A stretch of DNA of 60,533 bases from Methanobacteriota archaeon (GCA_005878635.1 VBLS01000111.1:1-60533); one strand, 5' to 3'. Positions 17,923 to 28,674 are shown, counted from the stretch's first letter. A program made the numbers and translations. Notes: a model not told the origin generated them from the sequence alone.

Positions 17923-18861
17923 ATGGATTCGGAGAAGCAGGAAGTCCTGGAGCGGCAGGGCTATCGCATCGTCGGAGAGCACAGCGGTGTCAAGCTCTGT
18001 CACTGGACGAAGGCCAGCTTGACGAAGGGCGTGGGTTGCTACAAGCAGACGTTCTACGGCATCGAGAGCCATCGATGCCTCCAGATGACGCCGACCGTGG
18101 ACGCCTGCAACCTCGCCTGCCAATTCTGCTGGCGCACGCAGGAGTGGGGTTCCGACTCCCTCTTGCTCGCGGACGACCCCACCATGATCGTCGAGGATTC
18201 GATCCGCGCCCAGCGGGAACTCCTCAGTGGATTCAAGGGCAACCCGAATGTCTCGCGGGAGCGGTTCCTCGAGGCATGGCATCCGACGAACGTGGCCATC
18301 AGCCTCACCGGAGAGCCGACCCTGTATCGTCGCCTCGGTGAGATGATCGATGAATTCCAACGTCGCCGCATGTCGACGTTCCTCGTGACGAACGGCACGA
18401 CGCCGGCGGCCCTGCGACGGCTGCACTCGGAGGGCCGGCTTCCGACGCAACTCTATGTGACCGTCGCGGCCCCGAACGAGACGATCTATCGGACATTGGT
18501 CGTCCCCAAGTCCGGTCATGAATGGCTGAAACTGAAGGAGACGCTCGCCCTCCTCCCGACCTTGCCGACCCGGACCGTCCTCCGCCACACGCTGGTCGAG
18601 GGATGGAACCTCGGGTGGGAGGACGAGTACGCGGAACTGGACCGCCCCGCGAAACCGATGTTCATCGAGTGCAAGGGCTACAGCTTCGTCGGGGAGAGCC
18701 GGCTCCGCCTCGAGGCGAACAACGTCCCCAGTCACGCGTCGATCCGGACCTTCGCCGAACGCCTGGGAGAGCGGCTGGACTACAAGATCGCCGCCGAGCG
18801 CGAAGACAGTCGGGTCGTCCTGCTCACCCGGGACGGCGAACTCCATCCTCTTTCCCGCTGA
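17923..18861 (+). CDS. taw1: 4-demethylwyosine synthase (radical SAM)
   Basis: HSGVKLCHWT, CYKQTFYGIESHRCLQMTP, CNLACQFCWR, ISLTGEPT. Confidence 0.95.
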   Translation: MDSEKQEVLERQGYRIVGEHSGVKLCHWTKASLTKGVGCYKQTFYGIESHRCLQMTPTVDACNLACQFCWRTQEWGSDSLLLADDPTMIVEDSIRAQRELLSGFKGNPNVSRERFLEAWHPTNVAISLTGEPTLYRRLGEMIDEFQRRRMSTFLVTNGTTPAALRRLHSEGRLPTQLYVTVAAPNETIYRTLVVPKSGHEWLKLKETLALLPTLPTRTVLRHTLVEGWNLGWEDEYAELDRPAKPMFIECKGYSFVGESRLRLEANNVPSHASIRTFAERLGERLDYKIAAEREDSRVVLLTRDGELHPLSR

Positions 18862-18915
18862 ACGGACTCACGGCGGCGGTTTTTAGAGCCCCTGCCGGAT
18901 ACGACGCCGAACGCC

Positions 18916-19434
18916 GTGGTCGATCTCCTCCAGATCCTGCTCGACTCCTACAACACCCCCTGGATCTACATGCTCCTGGCGTTCGGGTATGCGATCCTGG
19001 TCGCGATCATCCTGCCGATCCCGATCGAGATCGCCCTCGTCAAACCGCTCGTCGACCAGAACTTCGGATTCCTCCTTGGCACCGGCTTGGCGATCGCCGC
19101 GGGCAAGACGCTCGGCGCGTGGCTCATCTTCATCTTCGGCCTGAACATCGAAGGATCGATTCGGAAGTGGTCGGCCCGCTGGCGGGTCGCCGCCTGGATT
19201 GTGAGGAAGGCCGAGAAGCTGGTCCAGAAGACCGGATACGCGGGGCTGTACCTTCTCCTGAGCATCCCCCTCATGAGCGACACGATCCCGATCTACGTGT
19301 ACTCCCTCTTCAACCAGGAAGGGAAGGCCCTGGAGCGGAACATGTTTCTGATCGCGAATTTCCTCGCGGCCCTGAATCGCGTCGCGATCCTCGGCGCGAT
19401 CTGGTTCGTAGCCCGTGAATTCTTCCCCATTTGA
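18916..19434 (+). CDS. DedA/VTT-like membrane protein
   Basis: ILPIPIE motif, hydrophobic segments, SIPLMSD. Confidence 0.65.
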   Translation: MVDLLQILLDSYNTPWIYMLLAFGYAILVAIILPIPIEIALVKPLVDQNFGFLLGTGLAIAAGKTLGAWLIFIFGLNIEGSIRKWSARWRVAAWIVRKAEKLVQKTGYAGLYLLLSIPLMSDTIPIYVYSLFNQEGKALERNMFLIANFLAALNRVAILGAIWFVAREFFPI

Positions 19435-19475
19435 TGGCCCACACCCTTATGGTGCGGGGTCGGTTCCGACGGCCC

Positions 19476-20459
19476 GTGTTCGAACTGCCGTCGGTCCTCG
19501 ATGCGACCGGCCTGCTCGATAAGGCCTTCGGCCGGGCCGCCAAGGCCACGGCGACAGGACCCGATCGGATCGCGCGGGCACGCAACCTCGCCGCCGCCCG
19601 GGTCCGGATCGCGGGGCAGACGATCGAGTCGACCCTCCGAGGAATCGTGAAGGGCTTCCCCAGCCTAGACCGGCTGCCGCCCTTCTACCGCGAGCTCGTC
19701 GACATCTTGGTCGATGCGAACCAGCTCAAGAAACACCTCGGCGCGATCGACTGGGCGGCGGACCGAACCGCGAACCTGGCGCGCGACTATCGTCGCCGAA
19801 TCGGCAAGGCGGAGGGCCAGTCCATCGGGGAGCTGCGGAAGCAGGCGTACGGCCGACTCTCGTCGCTCGTGGAACAAGTCGGGCCGGATCTCGAGGCGCT
19901 CACCGAGGCCCGTCGCGCCCTCCGACGGCTCCCGGAGATCGATCCCGCCCTGCGGACGGTCGTGGTCGCGGGCTACCCGAACGTCGGGAAGAGTTCCTTC
20001 GTCCGCGCGGTCTCCTCCGGTCGACCGAAGATCGCGGACTACCCCTTCACCACGAAACGGGTCTCGCTCGGCCACTTCGACCGAGGGGTGGAGCGCTTCC
20101 AGATCCTCGACACCCCGGGCCTCCTCGATCGACCGATGGCGAAGCGGAACGCGATGGAGCGCCAGGCGATCTCGGCGCTCTCCCACGTCGCGGACGGAAT
20201 CCTCTTCCTCCTCGATCCCACGGAGACCTGTGGGTATCCGCTCGACGACCAACGGAAGCTCCTGGCCGAGATCCGTAGTCTCTTTCCCGCGGTCCCTCTG
20301 CTCGTCCTTGCGAACAAATCGGACCTCGGAGGCCCGCGGACGGAGGGGATCGCGGTGTCGTCCCTCACCAGCCGCGGGGTGACGAAGGCCCTCGATGCGT
20401 TGTTGGCGAAAGTCACCAACCGCGGTCCTGGAGGCGCGCCTCGATCGGCAGCGCCTTAG
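19476..20459 (+). CDS. NOG1-family GTP-binding protein
   Basis: [42 protein letters not shown]. Confidence 0.92.
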   Translation: MFELPSVLDATGLLDKAFGRAAKATATGPDRIARARNLAAARVRIAGQTIESTLRGIVKGFPSLDRLPPFYRELVDILVDANQLKKHLGAIDWAADRTANLARDYRRRIGKAEGQSIGELRKQAYGRLSSLVEQVGPDLEALTEARRALRRLPEIDPALRTVVVAGYPNVGKSSFVRAVSSGRPKIADYPFTTKRVSLGHFDRGVERFQILDTPGLLDRPMAKRNAMERQAISALSHVADGILFLLDPTETCGYPLDDQRKLLAEIRSLFPAVPLLVLANKSDLGGPRTEGIAVSSLTSRGVTKALDALLAKVTNRGPGGAPRSAAP

Positions 20460-21432
20460 CGTCGAGGCCTTTCATCGCGAGCCCGATCCCTTTCGAGACC
20501 TCTGCGACGGTCGACGGATCGTCGAAGTGGGCGACCGCGTCCACGATGGCTCGGCCTCTCGTCTCCGGGTTCTCCGCTTTGAAGATGCCGGAGCCGACGA
20601 AGACGCCGTCGCAGCCCATGAGCATCATGAGGGCCGCATCGGCCGGCGTCGCCACGCCGCCGGCGGCAAAGTTGACGACCGGGAGGCGCTGGATTTTCTT
20701 GATTTCCAGGAGGACTTGGTAGATTCCCTCGGTGATGTCGTCGAGCGTGGCTCCCGCGAACACGACGTCCGCCTCGCGCACGGTCGGATCGGCTCCCTGC
20801 GCCGTCCGGACCTCCTTCAGGAGCTTCGTGTAGCTGTCCGCGAACTTCGTCCCGACCGACATGAGCCGGTCGTTGTCGAGGTCCTTCAGTTCCGCGATCG
20901 CCGCCGTCACAAGTCGGATGTGGCGGACGGCCTCGACGACGTCCCCGGTCCCGGCCTCGCCCTTCGTGCGGATCATGGCGGCGCCTTCCCAGGTTCGGCG
21001 CACGGCCTCCCCGAGGTTGCGGGCCCCGCACACGAAGGGGACCTCGAATCCCCTCTTGTTGACGTGGAAGAATGGATCTGCGGGGGTGAGGACCTCGGAT
21101 TCGTCGATCATGTCGACGCCGAGGGACTCAAGCGCCCGCGCCTCGGCCTCATGTCCGATTCGGCACTTCGCCATCACAGGGACCGTGACCGCGTCCATGA
21201 TCTCCTGGATCTTGACCGGATCCGCCATCCGCGCGACCCCGCCGGCGGCACGAATGTCCGCCGGGACGCGCTCGAGGGCCATGACGGCGACCGCGCCAGC
21301 TTCCTCGGCGATCAGGGCCTGCTCCGCGTTCGTGACGTCCATGACGACCCCGCCCTTCTGCATCTTCGCGAAGCCGCGCTTGAGGAGTTCGGTCCCGAAT
21401 CGGAGTCGTTTCAGGTCGAGTTCGAGGGGCAC
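20413..21432 (-). CDS. pdxS: Pyridoxal 5'-phosphate synthase lyase subunit
   Basis: [41 protein letters not shown]. Confidence 0.96.
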   Translation of the reverse strand: MPLELDLKRLRFGTELLKRGFAKMQKGGVVMDVTNAEQALIAEEAGAVAVMALERVPADIRAAGGVARMADPVKIQEIMDAVTVPVMAKCRIGHEAEARALESLGVDMIDESEVLTPADPFFHVNKRGFEVPFVCGARNLGEAVRRTWEGAAMIRTKGEAGTGDVVEAVRHIRLVTAAIAELKDLDNDRLMSVGTKFADSYTKLLKEVRTAQGADPTVREADVVFAGATLDDITEGIYQVLLEIKKIQRLPVVNFAAGGVATPADAALMMLMGCDGVFVGSGIFKAENPETRGRAIVDAVAHFDDPSTVAEVSKGIGLAMKGLDAKALPIEARLQDRGW

Positions 21433-21598
21433 AGGAGGCCTCCGAGCGGAACACCCGTCCGTGGGTACTTCTACTTTGCGCGCTCGGTCGCGCCAATCGC
21501 ATGCCGCAGGCTCGCGAATCCAAGGATCGGGTTGTCCCTCGTCTGCGTGTTCTCCTTCCGAGAAACGCTTAAGTGAGCCCGTCGAATCAGCGGCCGCA

Positions 21599-22135
21599 GT
21601 GCGCGTTGTCTGCGTCACGGGCATGCCCGGTTGCGGGAAGGAGGAGGTGCTCGCCGTGGCCCAGGCCCTCGGCTTCTCCATCGTCCGCATGGGGGATGTG
21701 GTCCGAGAGGAGGCGCTCCGCCGCGGCTTACCGATCTCGGATGCCGCGGTCGGGGGCATGGCCCACGCGGAACGGCAAGTGCACGGCCTGGGAATCTGGG
21801 CGGAACGGACGCTCCCCCGAATCTCCGGAGACCGGGTGTTGGTCGACGGACTTCGGGGGCGGGCGGAACTCGAAATCTTCCGGAACTCGTTCGGCGACGA
21901 CCTGTCCGTCGTCGCCGTGCATGCGTCCCCGAGGACCCGGTACGAGCGGATGCTCCGGCGTCGCCGGACGGACGATGCCGGATCGATCGAGGCGTTCGGC
22001 GCCCGCGATCTCCGAGAGCTCAGCTGGGGGCTCGGCGACGTGATCGCGACCGCCGACGTGATGCTCGTCAACGAAGGCACCTTGGAGGAATTCCGACGCG
22101 CAGCAAGGACGGCCCTGGGGCGCCTCCATGGCTAA
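21599..22135 (+). CDS. P-loop kinase, dephospho-CoA kinase-like (UPF0200 type)
   Basis: [33 protein letters not shown]-like CTTAAG at 21568. Confidence 0.8.
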   Translation: MRVVCVTGMPGCGKEEVLAVAQALGFSIVRMGDVVREEALRRGLPISDAAVGGMAHAERQVHGLGIWAERTLPRISGDRVLVDGLRGRAELEIFRNSFGDDLSVVAVHASPRTRYERMLRRRRTDDAGSIEAFGARDLRELSWGLGDVIATADVMLVNEGTLEEFRRAARTALGRLHG

Positions 22136-22562
22136 GTTGCCAATCCGGTGGATCGAGGCGCGGACCTACCGCCATGCGACGGAAGACGAAGGTCGGGTGG
22201 GAAGGGCCCTGGACTTCGCGGTGCCTGGGGGAGCTCCGGCGCGCGACGTCCTCCAAGGGCACTTTGGGAACAAGCTGGTCCGGCTGACGCGGCGGCTCGA
22301 GGAAAACCCGTCCATCCGAGTGGCGTGGGAGCGGTGGACCGCCGCCGGGCTGCTCGACGCCCTCGCGACCGAGGCGGACGCGCGCGTGGACGAGGAGGGC
22401 ATCTTGCATTTTCGTCTCGACAAGCAGGCCGCTTTCGAAGAACGATGGTCCCTCGCGAAGGACTCCGACACGATCGATGTCCGCGTGAAACTCGTCGCCT
22501 ACCCGGCGAAGCCCGCGGAGGCCCGGCGGGTCGCCAAGTCCATCTTGCCCGGGGCGGCGTGA
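22128..22562 (+). CDS. RNA-binding protein, predicted exosome-associated (COG1325-like)
   Basis: [24 protein letters not shown]. Confidence 0.8.
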   Translation: MAKLPIRWIEARTYRHATEDEGRVGRALDFAVPGGAPARDVLQGHFGNKLVRLTRRLEENPSIRVAWERWTAAGLLDALATEADARVDEEGILHFRLDKQAAFEERWSLAKDSDTIDVRVKLVAYPAKPAEARRVAKSILPGAA

Positions 22563-23726
22563 ATGCGGCTCACCCGCGAGCAGCGCCGCCTGCGGGACGA
22601 CGGCACGCCGGCGCAGCGCAAGGCAATGCAGATCTTGCTCGCCCTCTCCCGCCTGTCGGAAGCGGAGCGTCTCGTCCCCATCACCTCGGCGCACGTGTCG
22701 GGCGCCTCCTACAAGATGATCGGCGATCCGGGGCTTGAGTTCCTCGAGGATTTCGCGCGCGACGCCCGAGTCACTGTCCCGACGACCGTCAACCCACTCG
22801 GCACGGACCTCCGGCAGTGGAGGGAGCTTGGCATCCCCGCGGAGTTCGCAGGGAAGCAGGAACGGATCGCCCGCGCCTACGAGTCGATGGGCGTCCGTCC
22901 GAGCTTCACCTGCACGCCCTACCTCGTTGGCGCACGGCCATCGTTCGGCGAGCACGTCGCATGGGCCGAATCGAACGCCGTGTGCTTCGCGAACTCCGTC
23001 CTCGGCGCACGGACGAACCGCGAGGGAGGCCCCTCGGCCCTGGCGGCCGCGATCGTCGGCGCGACGCCGGAATACGGGCTCCACAAGGACGAAGGCCGTT
23101 CGCCGACCGTTCGCGTGAATGTGACTACGAAGCCGCACGGGCTCGATTTCTCCCTGATTGGATTGGTCGCGGGCCAGCAGGTCGGCGATGGCCTCCCGTT
23201 CTTCCGCGGGTTCCGCGGTTCCGAGGAGGACTTGAAATGGCTCGGCGCGGCGCTGGCATCGACGGGCGCTTGTGCGATGTTCCACCTCGAAGGCGTCACC
23301 CCAGAGGCGCGGCGGGCCCGCACCGCAGGCTTGCCCTCCCTCACGATCTCACGGGCCGATCTGGTGCAGGCTCAGAGGTCCTTCACCGACGGGACGAAAG
23401 CGGACGTGATCGCCCTCGGCTCGCCCCAACTATCCGGGCAAGAACTCTGGAGCGTCGCGGACCGCGTGCGACGGAAGCCTCCCCGGATTCCGGTCTGGGT
23501 CTTCACGAGCCGCGCCGTCCGAGACGAGAACCCGGAGCCGGTCGCGGCGATCGAGAGCCACGGCGGCCGCGTCCTCGCGGACACGTGCCTCGAGGTCACG
23601 CTGCTCGAGCATCGATTCGGGACGGTCGCCACCCCTTCGGGAAAGGCCGCGTACTACCTGCCGAGCCTCTGCAAGCAGAAGGTCATCCTCGACGAGCTCG
23701 ACGCCCTCCTGGAGCGGTACGGATGA
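22563..23726 (+). CDS. Aconitase X catalytic subunit (putative phosphomevalonate dehydratase large subunit)
   Basis: SAHVSGASYKMIGD, TCTPY, WAESNA..FANSVLGARTNREG, DTC. Confidence 0.9.
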   Translation: MRLTREQRRLRDDGTPAQRKAMQILLALSRLSEAERLVPITSAHVSGASYKMIGDPGLEFLEDFARDARVTVPTTVNPLGTDLRQWRELGIPAEFAGKQERIARAYESMGVRPSFTCTPYLVGARPSFGEHVAWAESNAVCFANSVLGARTNREGGPSALAAAIVGATPEYGLHKDEGRSPTVRVNVTTKPHGLDFSLIGLVAGQQVGDGLPFFRGFRGSEEDLKWLGAALASTGACAMFHLEGVTPEARRARTAGLPSLTISRADLVQAQRSFTDGTKADVIALGSPQLSGQELWSVADRVRRKPPRIPVWVFTSRAVRDENPEPVAAIESHGGRVLADTCLEVTLLEHRFGTVATPSGKAAYYLPSLCKQKVILDELDALLERYG

Positions 23727-24520
23727 AGCTCCGAGGACGCGGGATTGCATCGGGCTTTGCGGAAGGGATCGCCTTCGTGATTCGCGTCCCTTTCTCCTTC
23801 GTCGGCGGCGCGGACCCGGCCACGGGCACCGTCCTCGATGCCGCGACAGGCGGCGCCAACGAACGCCTCGACGGCCGGATCTTCGCGTTCCCGCACGGCA
23901 AAGGGAGCACGGTTGGCTCTTACGTCATCTACGGCCTCGCGAAGAGGGGAGTCGGCCCCGCGGGCATCGTCAACTCTGCGGCCGAGGGAATCGTCGCGGT
24001 CGGCGCGATTCTCGCCGGAATCCCGATGGTCGATCACATCGACGTCGGGGGCCTGGAGAACGGCGACACGGTCCGTATCGACGGGGACCGTGGGACCGTC
24101 GAGCTCCCCGGGGTCCGCGCACGACCCGTCGTCTCCGTCGTGCTGAGAAACGGCGGTCGGATCCTCCTCGTGCGACGAAGTCCATCGGTTGGGACCTTTC
24201 GCGGTCGCTGGTCGGTCATTTCGGGGTCCATCGAAGGCCGCGAGGATCCGAAATCCCGCGCGATCCGAGAGGTGCGAGAGGAGACCGGCCTCCGAGGAAT
24301 TCGGTTTCGTGCGAATGCGGCCCCGATCCATGCCCGCGACGGCGCCACGATGTTCGTCGTCCACCCCTTCCTCTTCGACGCCCCGAGCCGCCGCGTGCGC
24401 CTCGATTGGGAGAATGTCGAGCACCGATGGATTCGGCCGGAGGAGATCGGTCGCTACGAAACGGTCCCGCGACTTCCCGACGTCGTCGCGGCGGTGCTCC
24501 GCATGGGGCGGGAGTCCTAG
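23723..24520 (+). CDS. Aconitase X swivel subunit (DUF126) fused to Nudix hydrolase
   Basis: FSFVGGADP, GKGSTVGSYV; Nudix box GSIEGREDPKSRAIREVREETG. Confidence 0.88.
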   Translation: MKLRGRGIASGFAEGIAFVIRVPFSFVGGADPATGTVLDAATGGANERLDGRIFAFPHGKGSTVGSYVIYGLAKRGVGPAGIVNSAAEGIVAVGAILAGIPMVDHIDVGGLENGDTVRIDGDRGTVELPGVRARPVVSVVLRNGGRILLVRRSPSVGTFRGRWSVISGSIEGREDPKSRAIREVREETGLRGIRFRANAAPIHARDGATMFVVHPFLFDAPSRRVRLDWENVEHRWIRPEEIGRYETVPRLPDVVAAVLRMGRES

Positions 24521-27500
24521 CGACCCGAGGCGGCCGACCCGCCGGACGAACCGGGGATGACCCGGTCGACCTCCTTCTCGAGCAAGGTCAATTGGTGCGG
24601 ATCGAGGGCCGACGGATTCACGGAGAGGAGGAATACCCCGTTGTTGATCGCGACCTGGTCGCGGATCGATTGCACGAGCCGCAGGACCGTGAGGAAATTG
24701 TTGTTCGTCACCAGGTACTCGATCGCGTCGAGGAAGATGACGCCCTTCTCCCGGGCGAGGAACTGCTCGACGGCCAAGGACAACTTCTCCAGGTCTTTCG
24801 GTCGGACGGTGTCTTCCTTCCCGACGTTGCTGAGCCACACGATCGGGAAGGGGGGACCGCCCAGGCGCTCCCGGACTTTCTGCGGGAATGTCCGCGTGAT
24901 GACCATCGCGCCTTTCCCCGCCTTCTGGGCGATCTCGAAGAGCCGGTAGGCCTCGTCCGGAACCGGTTCCTCGACGAGATAGGAGGAGGAATCTTTCAGG
25001 AGGGGCGGAGCGTCGTCCTCCGAAGCCGCACGATTTGGCGCGGGGGCCCGAGTTTGGGGAGCGCCGCAAGATGGACACTCGGCGGATCCCGCGGGAATGA
25101 GCTCGCCGCAGGCGATGCATGCGACGCGCGACGGCGCGGCCGTCGCCGGCGTGGACAGGACGAAGCCGCAGACCGGGCACTTGTCCGCGCCGGGAGGGAT
25201 CTCCGCGCGACAGCGGGGACACGGCATCGCCTTCGTGGCGACGGGTTCGCCGCATCGCGGGCATCGGCGGGTCGACGGGGCAATGGCCGCTCCGCACGTG
25301 GGGCATGGGATCGAGGTGTCCGTCTTCGCCGCGAGCGCGTCCAGGATTCGAACCGCATCCGCGACTTGGAGGCCCTCGATCTGCGCGAGCTCTTGCTTCG
25401 TCGCCGCGCGCAACGCCGCGAGGCTCTTGTAGCCTGCATCGAACAGGGCCATCGCCTTCGCGACCGTGATGCCCGGGATTCTCGTGAATTCGCGGAGGGC
25501 CTCGGACATGTGGACCGGAGTCACGCCGATCGTCACCGAATGTCCGTCCACATCGTTCCATTCCACGACGTACTCGGCTTCGACCGGTCCGTCCGTGAAC
25601 GTGATCCGACGCGAGCGGGTTTCCCGACCCATGAATTCCTTCTGTCCCCCGATCAAGGCCGCCAATTCCTTATTCGCCTTGACGACCGTGATGAGGAAGT
25701 CGTCCACTGCCAGATCGATCTCTTTCCGCATCTGTTGGATCCGGCGGATCAACTCGCGCGCGTAGGCCTCGGCACGAAGGTCGGGAGTCACGCGCAGGTC
25801 GAGGTAGAGCTCGCCGTGCGGCGTGGGCACGCGGACGACCTCGGAGGGCATCGCCTTCTCAAATCGGACCATCGACGGGTCGATCGCGACGACCTGGCCT
25901 TCGACGCCGACTTCGAGTCGGCCCTTGTCGAGCGCCTTCTTGATCTCCTCCGGCGGGCGACCCTCGAGGAGCTTCACGATCTTCGGCTGGAGGACCCGAT
26001 AGGCCTTGCCGATCGCCGCCCCGTCCGGCTTTACGACGAGGGCCATCCCGGGGAATTCCTCGTTCGCTTTGAGGACCGCGAGCGCCTTCGCGTTCGCCTG
26101 TTCGAGGAAGATGCCCCGCAACGTCTCGAGGGCCATGGCCGCCTCCGGCGTCGGCGCTTGGACCGCAATCAGTTTCAGCGGCCACCGGAGCTTGCGTCCT
26201 CCCTTCTGGCGCTCCTTCGAGACGATCTCGACGAGTTCCTGGACGATCGACATGGACCTCTCGAGGTCCGGCTGGAGTCGCTCCTCCTGAGCGGAGGGCC
26301 AATCGAGCAGGTGCACGCTGAGCTTCTTCCCGTCCAGTCGCTGGTAGACCGCTTCGGCGATGAACGGCGTGACCGGCGCGAGCAGGACCGCGACGGTGCG
26401 CAACGTCTCGAACAAGACATGGTACGCCGCGAGCTTGTCGCGATCCTCGGCTTCCGTCCAGGTCCGGCCCCGGACGAGTTTCACATACCACCGCGAGAGG
26501 TCATCGAGGATGAAGGACTCGACCGACCGAAAGGCCCGATGCAAACTGTAGGTCGCAAACTCCGCATTCACGGTCATCTTGAGGCCTTCGAGCCGGGAGA
26601 GGAGCCATCGGTCCTCGGGTCGCAGATGGCCGGAGATCGAGGCGAAGTCCGGCGCCGTCGGATCGAATCGATCGAGGACCATGTAGGTCGTCGCAAATCG
26701 CAGGACGTTCCAGAGGATGTTCAGAGTGCGGTTGGCGTTGCGAACCCCGTCTTCTTGGAACGTCTTGTCGTCCCAGAGCGCGTTCACGGAGAGCATGTAG
26801 AATCGAAGCGCGTCGACCCCGAATTTGCGCACGACGGTCTCCGGCTCGATGACGTTCCCGAGGGACTTGTGCATCTGCCGGCCGTCGGGGCCGTTGACCC
26901 ATCCATGCATGAGGACGCTGTCGTACGGCGCTCGGTCGAAGGCGACGACGCCGGCGGCGAGCTGCGAGTTGAACCAACCCCGAGTCTGGTCGGGACCCTC
27001 GACGATCCAGTCCTCCGGCCACCACCGGCGGAACTCGTCGTCCCGCGCGGGATATCCGAGGCTCGCCCAGCTCGCCACCCCGCTGTCCCACCAGACATCG
27101 AGGATGTCGGGGACCCGCCGCATCTCCTCGCGGCACCTCGGACAGGGCAGGACGACCCGGTCGATCCCCGGCCGGTGCAGGTCCATGCCGTCCGCGTACC
27201 CCTGCGCCTTCCGCAACGCATCCGAGGAGCCTACGACGATCCAGTGCCCGCACTTCGTGCACCGCCAGATGGGGAGCGGAATCCCCCAGTACCGCTGGCG
27301 GGAGAGGCACCAATCCCGCAGGTTCTGGGTCCAGTCCATTTGACGGGCCGCGCCCGCCCATTCCGGATACCACGCGACCCGGCGGACCTCGTCGACCATT
27401 TTCGCCTTGATCGGCGCGACTCGCAGGAACCACTGGACCGTCGCGCGGTAGAGGATTGGCGTCTTGCAGCGCCAGCAGTGACCGTAGGCATGGACCAGCG

Positions 27501-28674
27501 TCTCCGCGGCGAAGAGAGCGTTCGCGGCGCGGAGGTCCTCGATGATCCCCGCGTCCGCCTCTTTGACGGGCTTGTCGGCGTACACGCCCGCCTCGTTCGT
27601 GAAATGGCCCCGTCCGTCGACCGGACTGAAGACCGGTAAGCCGAGGGTCTGGCCGAGTTCGAAATCTTCTGGACCGTGACCCGGCGCGCTGTGGACCAGA
27701 CCCGTGTGCTCCGCCTCGACGGTGCTCGAGGAGACCACGCGATGGACCCATTCCCCCGTCACGGTCGCCTGATAGGGGACCTTGTCCGCGAGCGGGTGCG
27801 CATAGGCCAGGCCGACCAGCTTGTCGCCGGTCGTCGTCTCGGCGACCTCGTAGGCGGTCACGCCGCCGCGGGCCATGACGGTGGCAAGCGTCGCCTCCAT
27901 CGTCCAGAGGAATTCCGCGGACTCTCCGCGGACCACCTTCACCTTCGAGTAGACGAACTGCGGATGGACCGCGATTGCCAGATTCGCGGGGAGTGTCCAA
28001 GGAGTCGTCGTCCAGATCAGGAGGGATTCGGCGGGTCGGTCCCGGAGCGGGAACTTGACGTAGATCGAGGGATCCGTCTCATCCGAGTACTCGACCTCCG
28101 CGTCGGCCAGGGCGGTCTCGTCGCGGGAGCACCACTGGGTCGAGCGGAGGGCCTCGTAGAGCAGCCCGCGTTCGTGGGCGCGCCCGAGGGTCCACCACGC
28201 CGCCTCGATGAATTCGTTCCGGATCGTCATGTAGGGCCGGTCCCAGTCCATCCAGATCCCGAGGGCCCGGAACTGACCCGTCATCTTGTCCAGCAGGTCG
28301 ACGGCGAAGGTGCGACAAGTCGAGACGAATTTCTCGATCCCCAAGTCCTCGATCTCCTTCTTGTTCGTGATGCCGAGCGTCTTCTCGACCTGGACCTCGA
28401 TTGGGAGGCCGTGCATGTCGTACCCGGGCTGGTCTCGCACGCGGAAACCGCGCATCCGACGAAAGCGGATGACCGCGTCTTTCAGGGACTTGTTCAGGAC
28501 TTGGCCGAGGTGGATCGAGCCGGTCGTGTACGGCGGGCCGTCGCCGAAGTAGAAGTCCTCCCCCTTCGAACGCGCCGCGACCGTCTTCGCGTAGACCTTC
28601 GCGCGATTCCAAAATTCCTGGACCTGGCGCTCCACCTCTAGGGGGGCGTACGTCTTCTCCGCCTGCTTGATCAT
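24517..28674 (-). CDS. ileS: Isoleucyl-tRNA synthetase with C-terminal HhH, zinc ribbons and DUF835
   Basis: DGPPYTTGSIHLGQ, WTTTPWTLPAN, DWCLSRQRYWG, QMHKSLGN; about 330-aa C-terminal extension. Confidence 0.95.
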   Translation of the reverse strand: MIKQAEKTYAPLEVERQVQEFWNRAKVYAKTVAARSKGEDFYFGDGPPYTTGSIHLGQVLNKSLKDAVIRFRRMRGFRVRDQPGYDMHGLPIEVQVEKTLGITNKKEIEDLGIEKFVSTCRTFAVDLLDKMTGQFRALGIWMDWDRPYMTIRNEFIEAAWWTLGRAHERGLLYEALRSTQWCSRDETALADAEVEYSDETDPSIYVKFPLRDRPAESLLIWTTTPWTLPANLAIAVHPQFVYSKVKVVRGESAEFLWTMEATLATVMARGGVTAYEVAETTTGDKLVGLAYAHPLADKVPYQATVTGEWVHRVVSSSTVEAEHTGLVHSAPGHGPEDFELGQTLGLPVFSPVDGRGHFTNEAGVYADKPVKEADAGIIEDLRAANALFAAETLVHAYGHCWRCKTPILYRATVQWFLRVAPIKAKMVDEVRRVAWYPEWAGAARQMDWTQNLRDWCLSRQRYWGIPLPIWRCTKCGHWIVVGSSDALRKAQGYADGMDLHRPGIDRVVLPCPRCREEMRRVPDILDVWWDSGVASWASLGYPARDDEFRRWWPEDWIVEGPDQTRGWFNSQLAAGVVAFDRAPYDSVLMHGWVNGPDGRQMHKSLGNVIEPETVVRKFGVDALRFYMLSVNALWDDKTFQEDGVRNANRTLNILWNVLRFATTYMVLDRFDPTAPDFASISGHLRPEDRWLLSRLEGLKMTVNAEFATYSLHRAFRSVESFILDDLSRWYVKLVRGRTWTEAEDRDKLAAYHVLFETLRTVAVLLAPVTPFIAEAVYQRLDGKKLSVHLLDWPSAQEERLQPDLERSMSIVQELVEIVSKERQKGGRKLRWPLKLIAVQAPTPEAAMALETLRGIFLEQANAKALAVLKANEEFPGMALVVKPDGAAIGKAYRVLQPKIVKLLEGRPPEEIKKALDKGRLEVGVEGQVVAIDPSMVRFEKAMPSEVVRVPTPHGELYLDLRVTPDLRAEAYARELIRRIQQMRKEIDLAVDDFLITVVKANKELAALIGGQKEFMGRETRSRRITFTDGPVEAEYVVEWNDVDGHSVTIGVTPVHMSEALREFTRIPGITVAKAMALFDAGYKSLAALRAATKQELAQIEGLQVADAVRILDALAAKTDTSIPCPTCGAAIAPSTRRCPRCGEPVATKAMPCPRCRAEIPPGADKCPVCGFVLSTPATAAPSRVACIACGELIPAGSAECPSCGAPQTRAPAPNRAASEDDAPPLLKDSSSYLVEEPVPDEAYRLFEIAQKAGKGAMVITRTFPQKVRERLGGPPFPIVWLSNVGKEDTVRPKDLEKLSLAVEQFLAREKGVIFLDAIEYLVTNNNFLTVLRLVQSIRDQVAINNGVFLLSVNPSALDPHQLTLLEKEVDRVIPGSSGGSAASGR

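Noticed and set aside
20413..20459. 47-bp convergent overlap of NOG1 and pdxS
   Set aside because: Short tail overlaps are common in compact GC-rich genomes.
20413..22135. Long N-terminal extensions of pdxS and the P-loop kinase in the ORF track
   Set aside because: Stop-free GC-rich frames; motifs and promoter positions support starts at 21432 and 21599.
24406..27639. 1077-aa plus-strand ORF and similar long ORFs (13931-15874, 50390-52477, 3333-4688, 12326-13723)
   Set aside because: Antisense shadows of well-supported genes, expected at high GC; no recognisable motifs.
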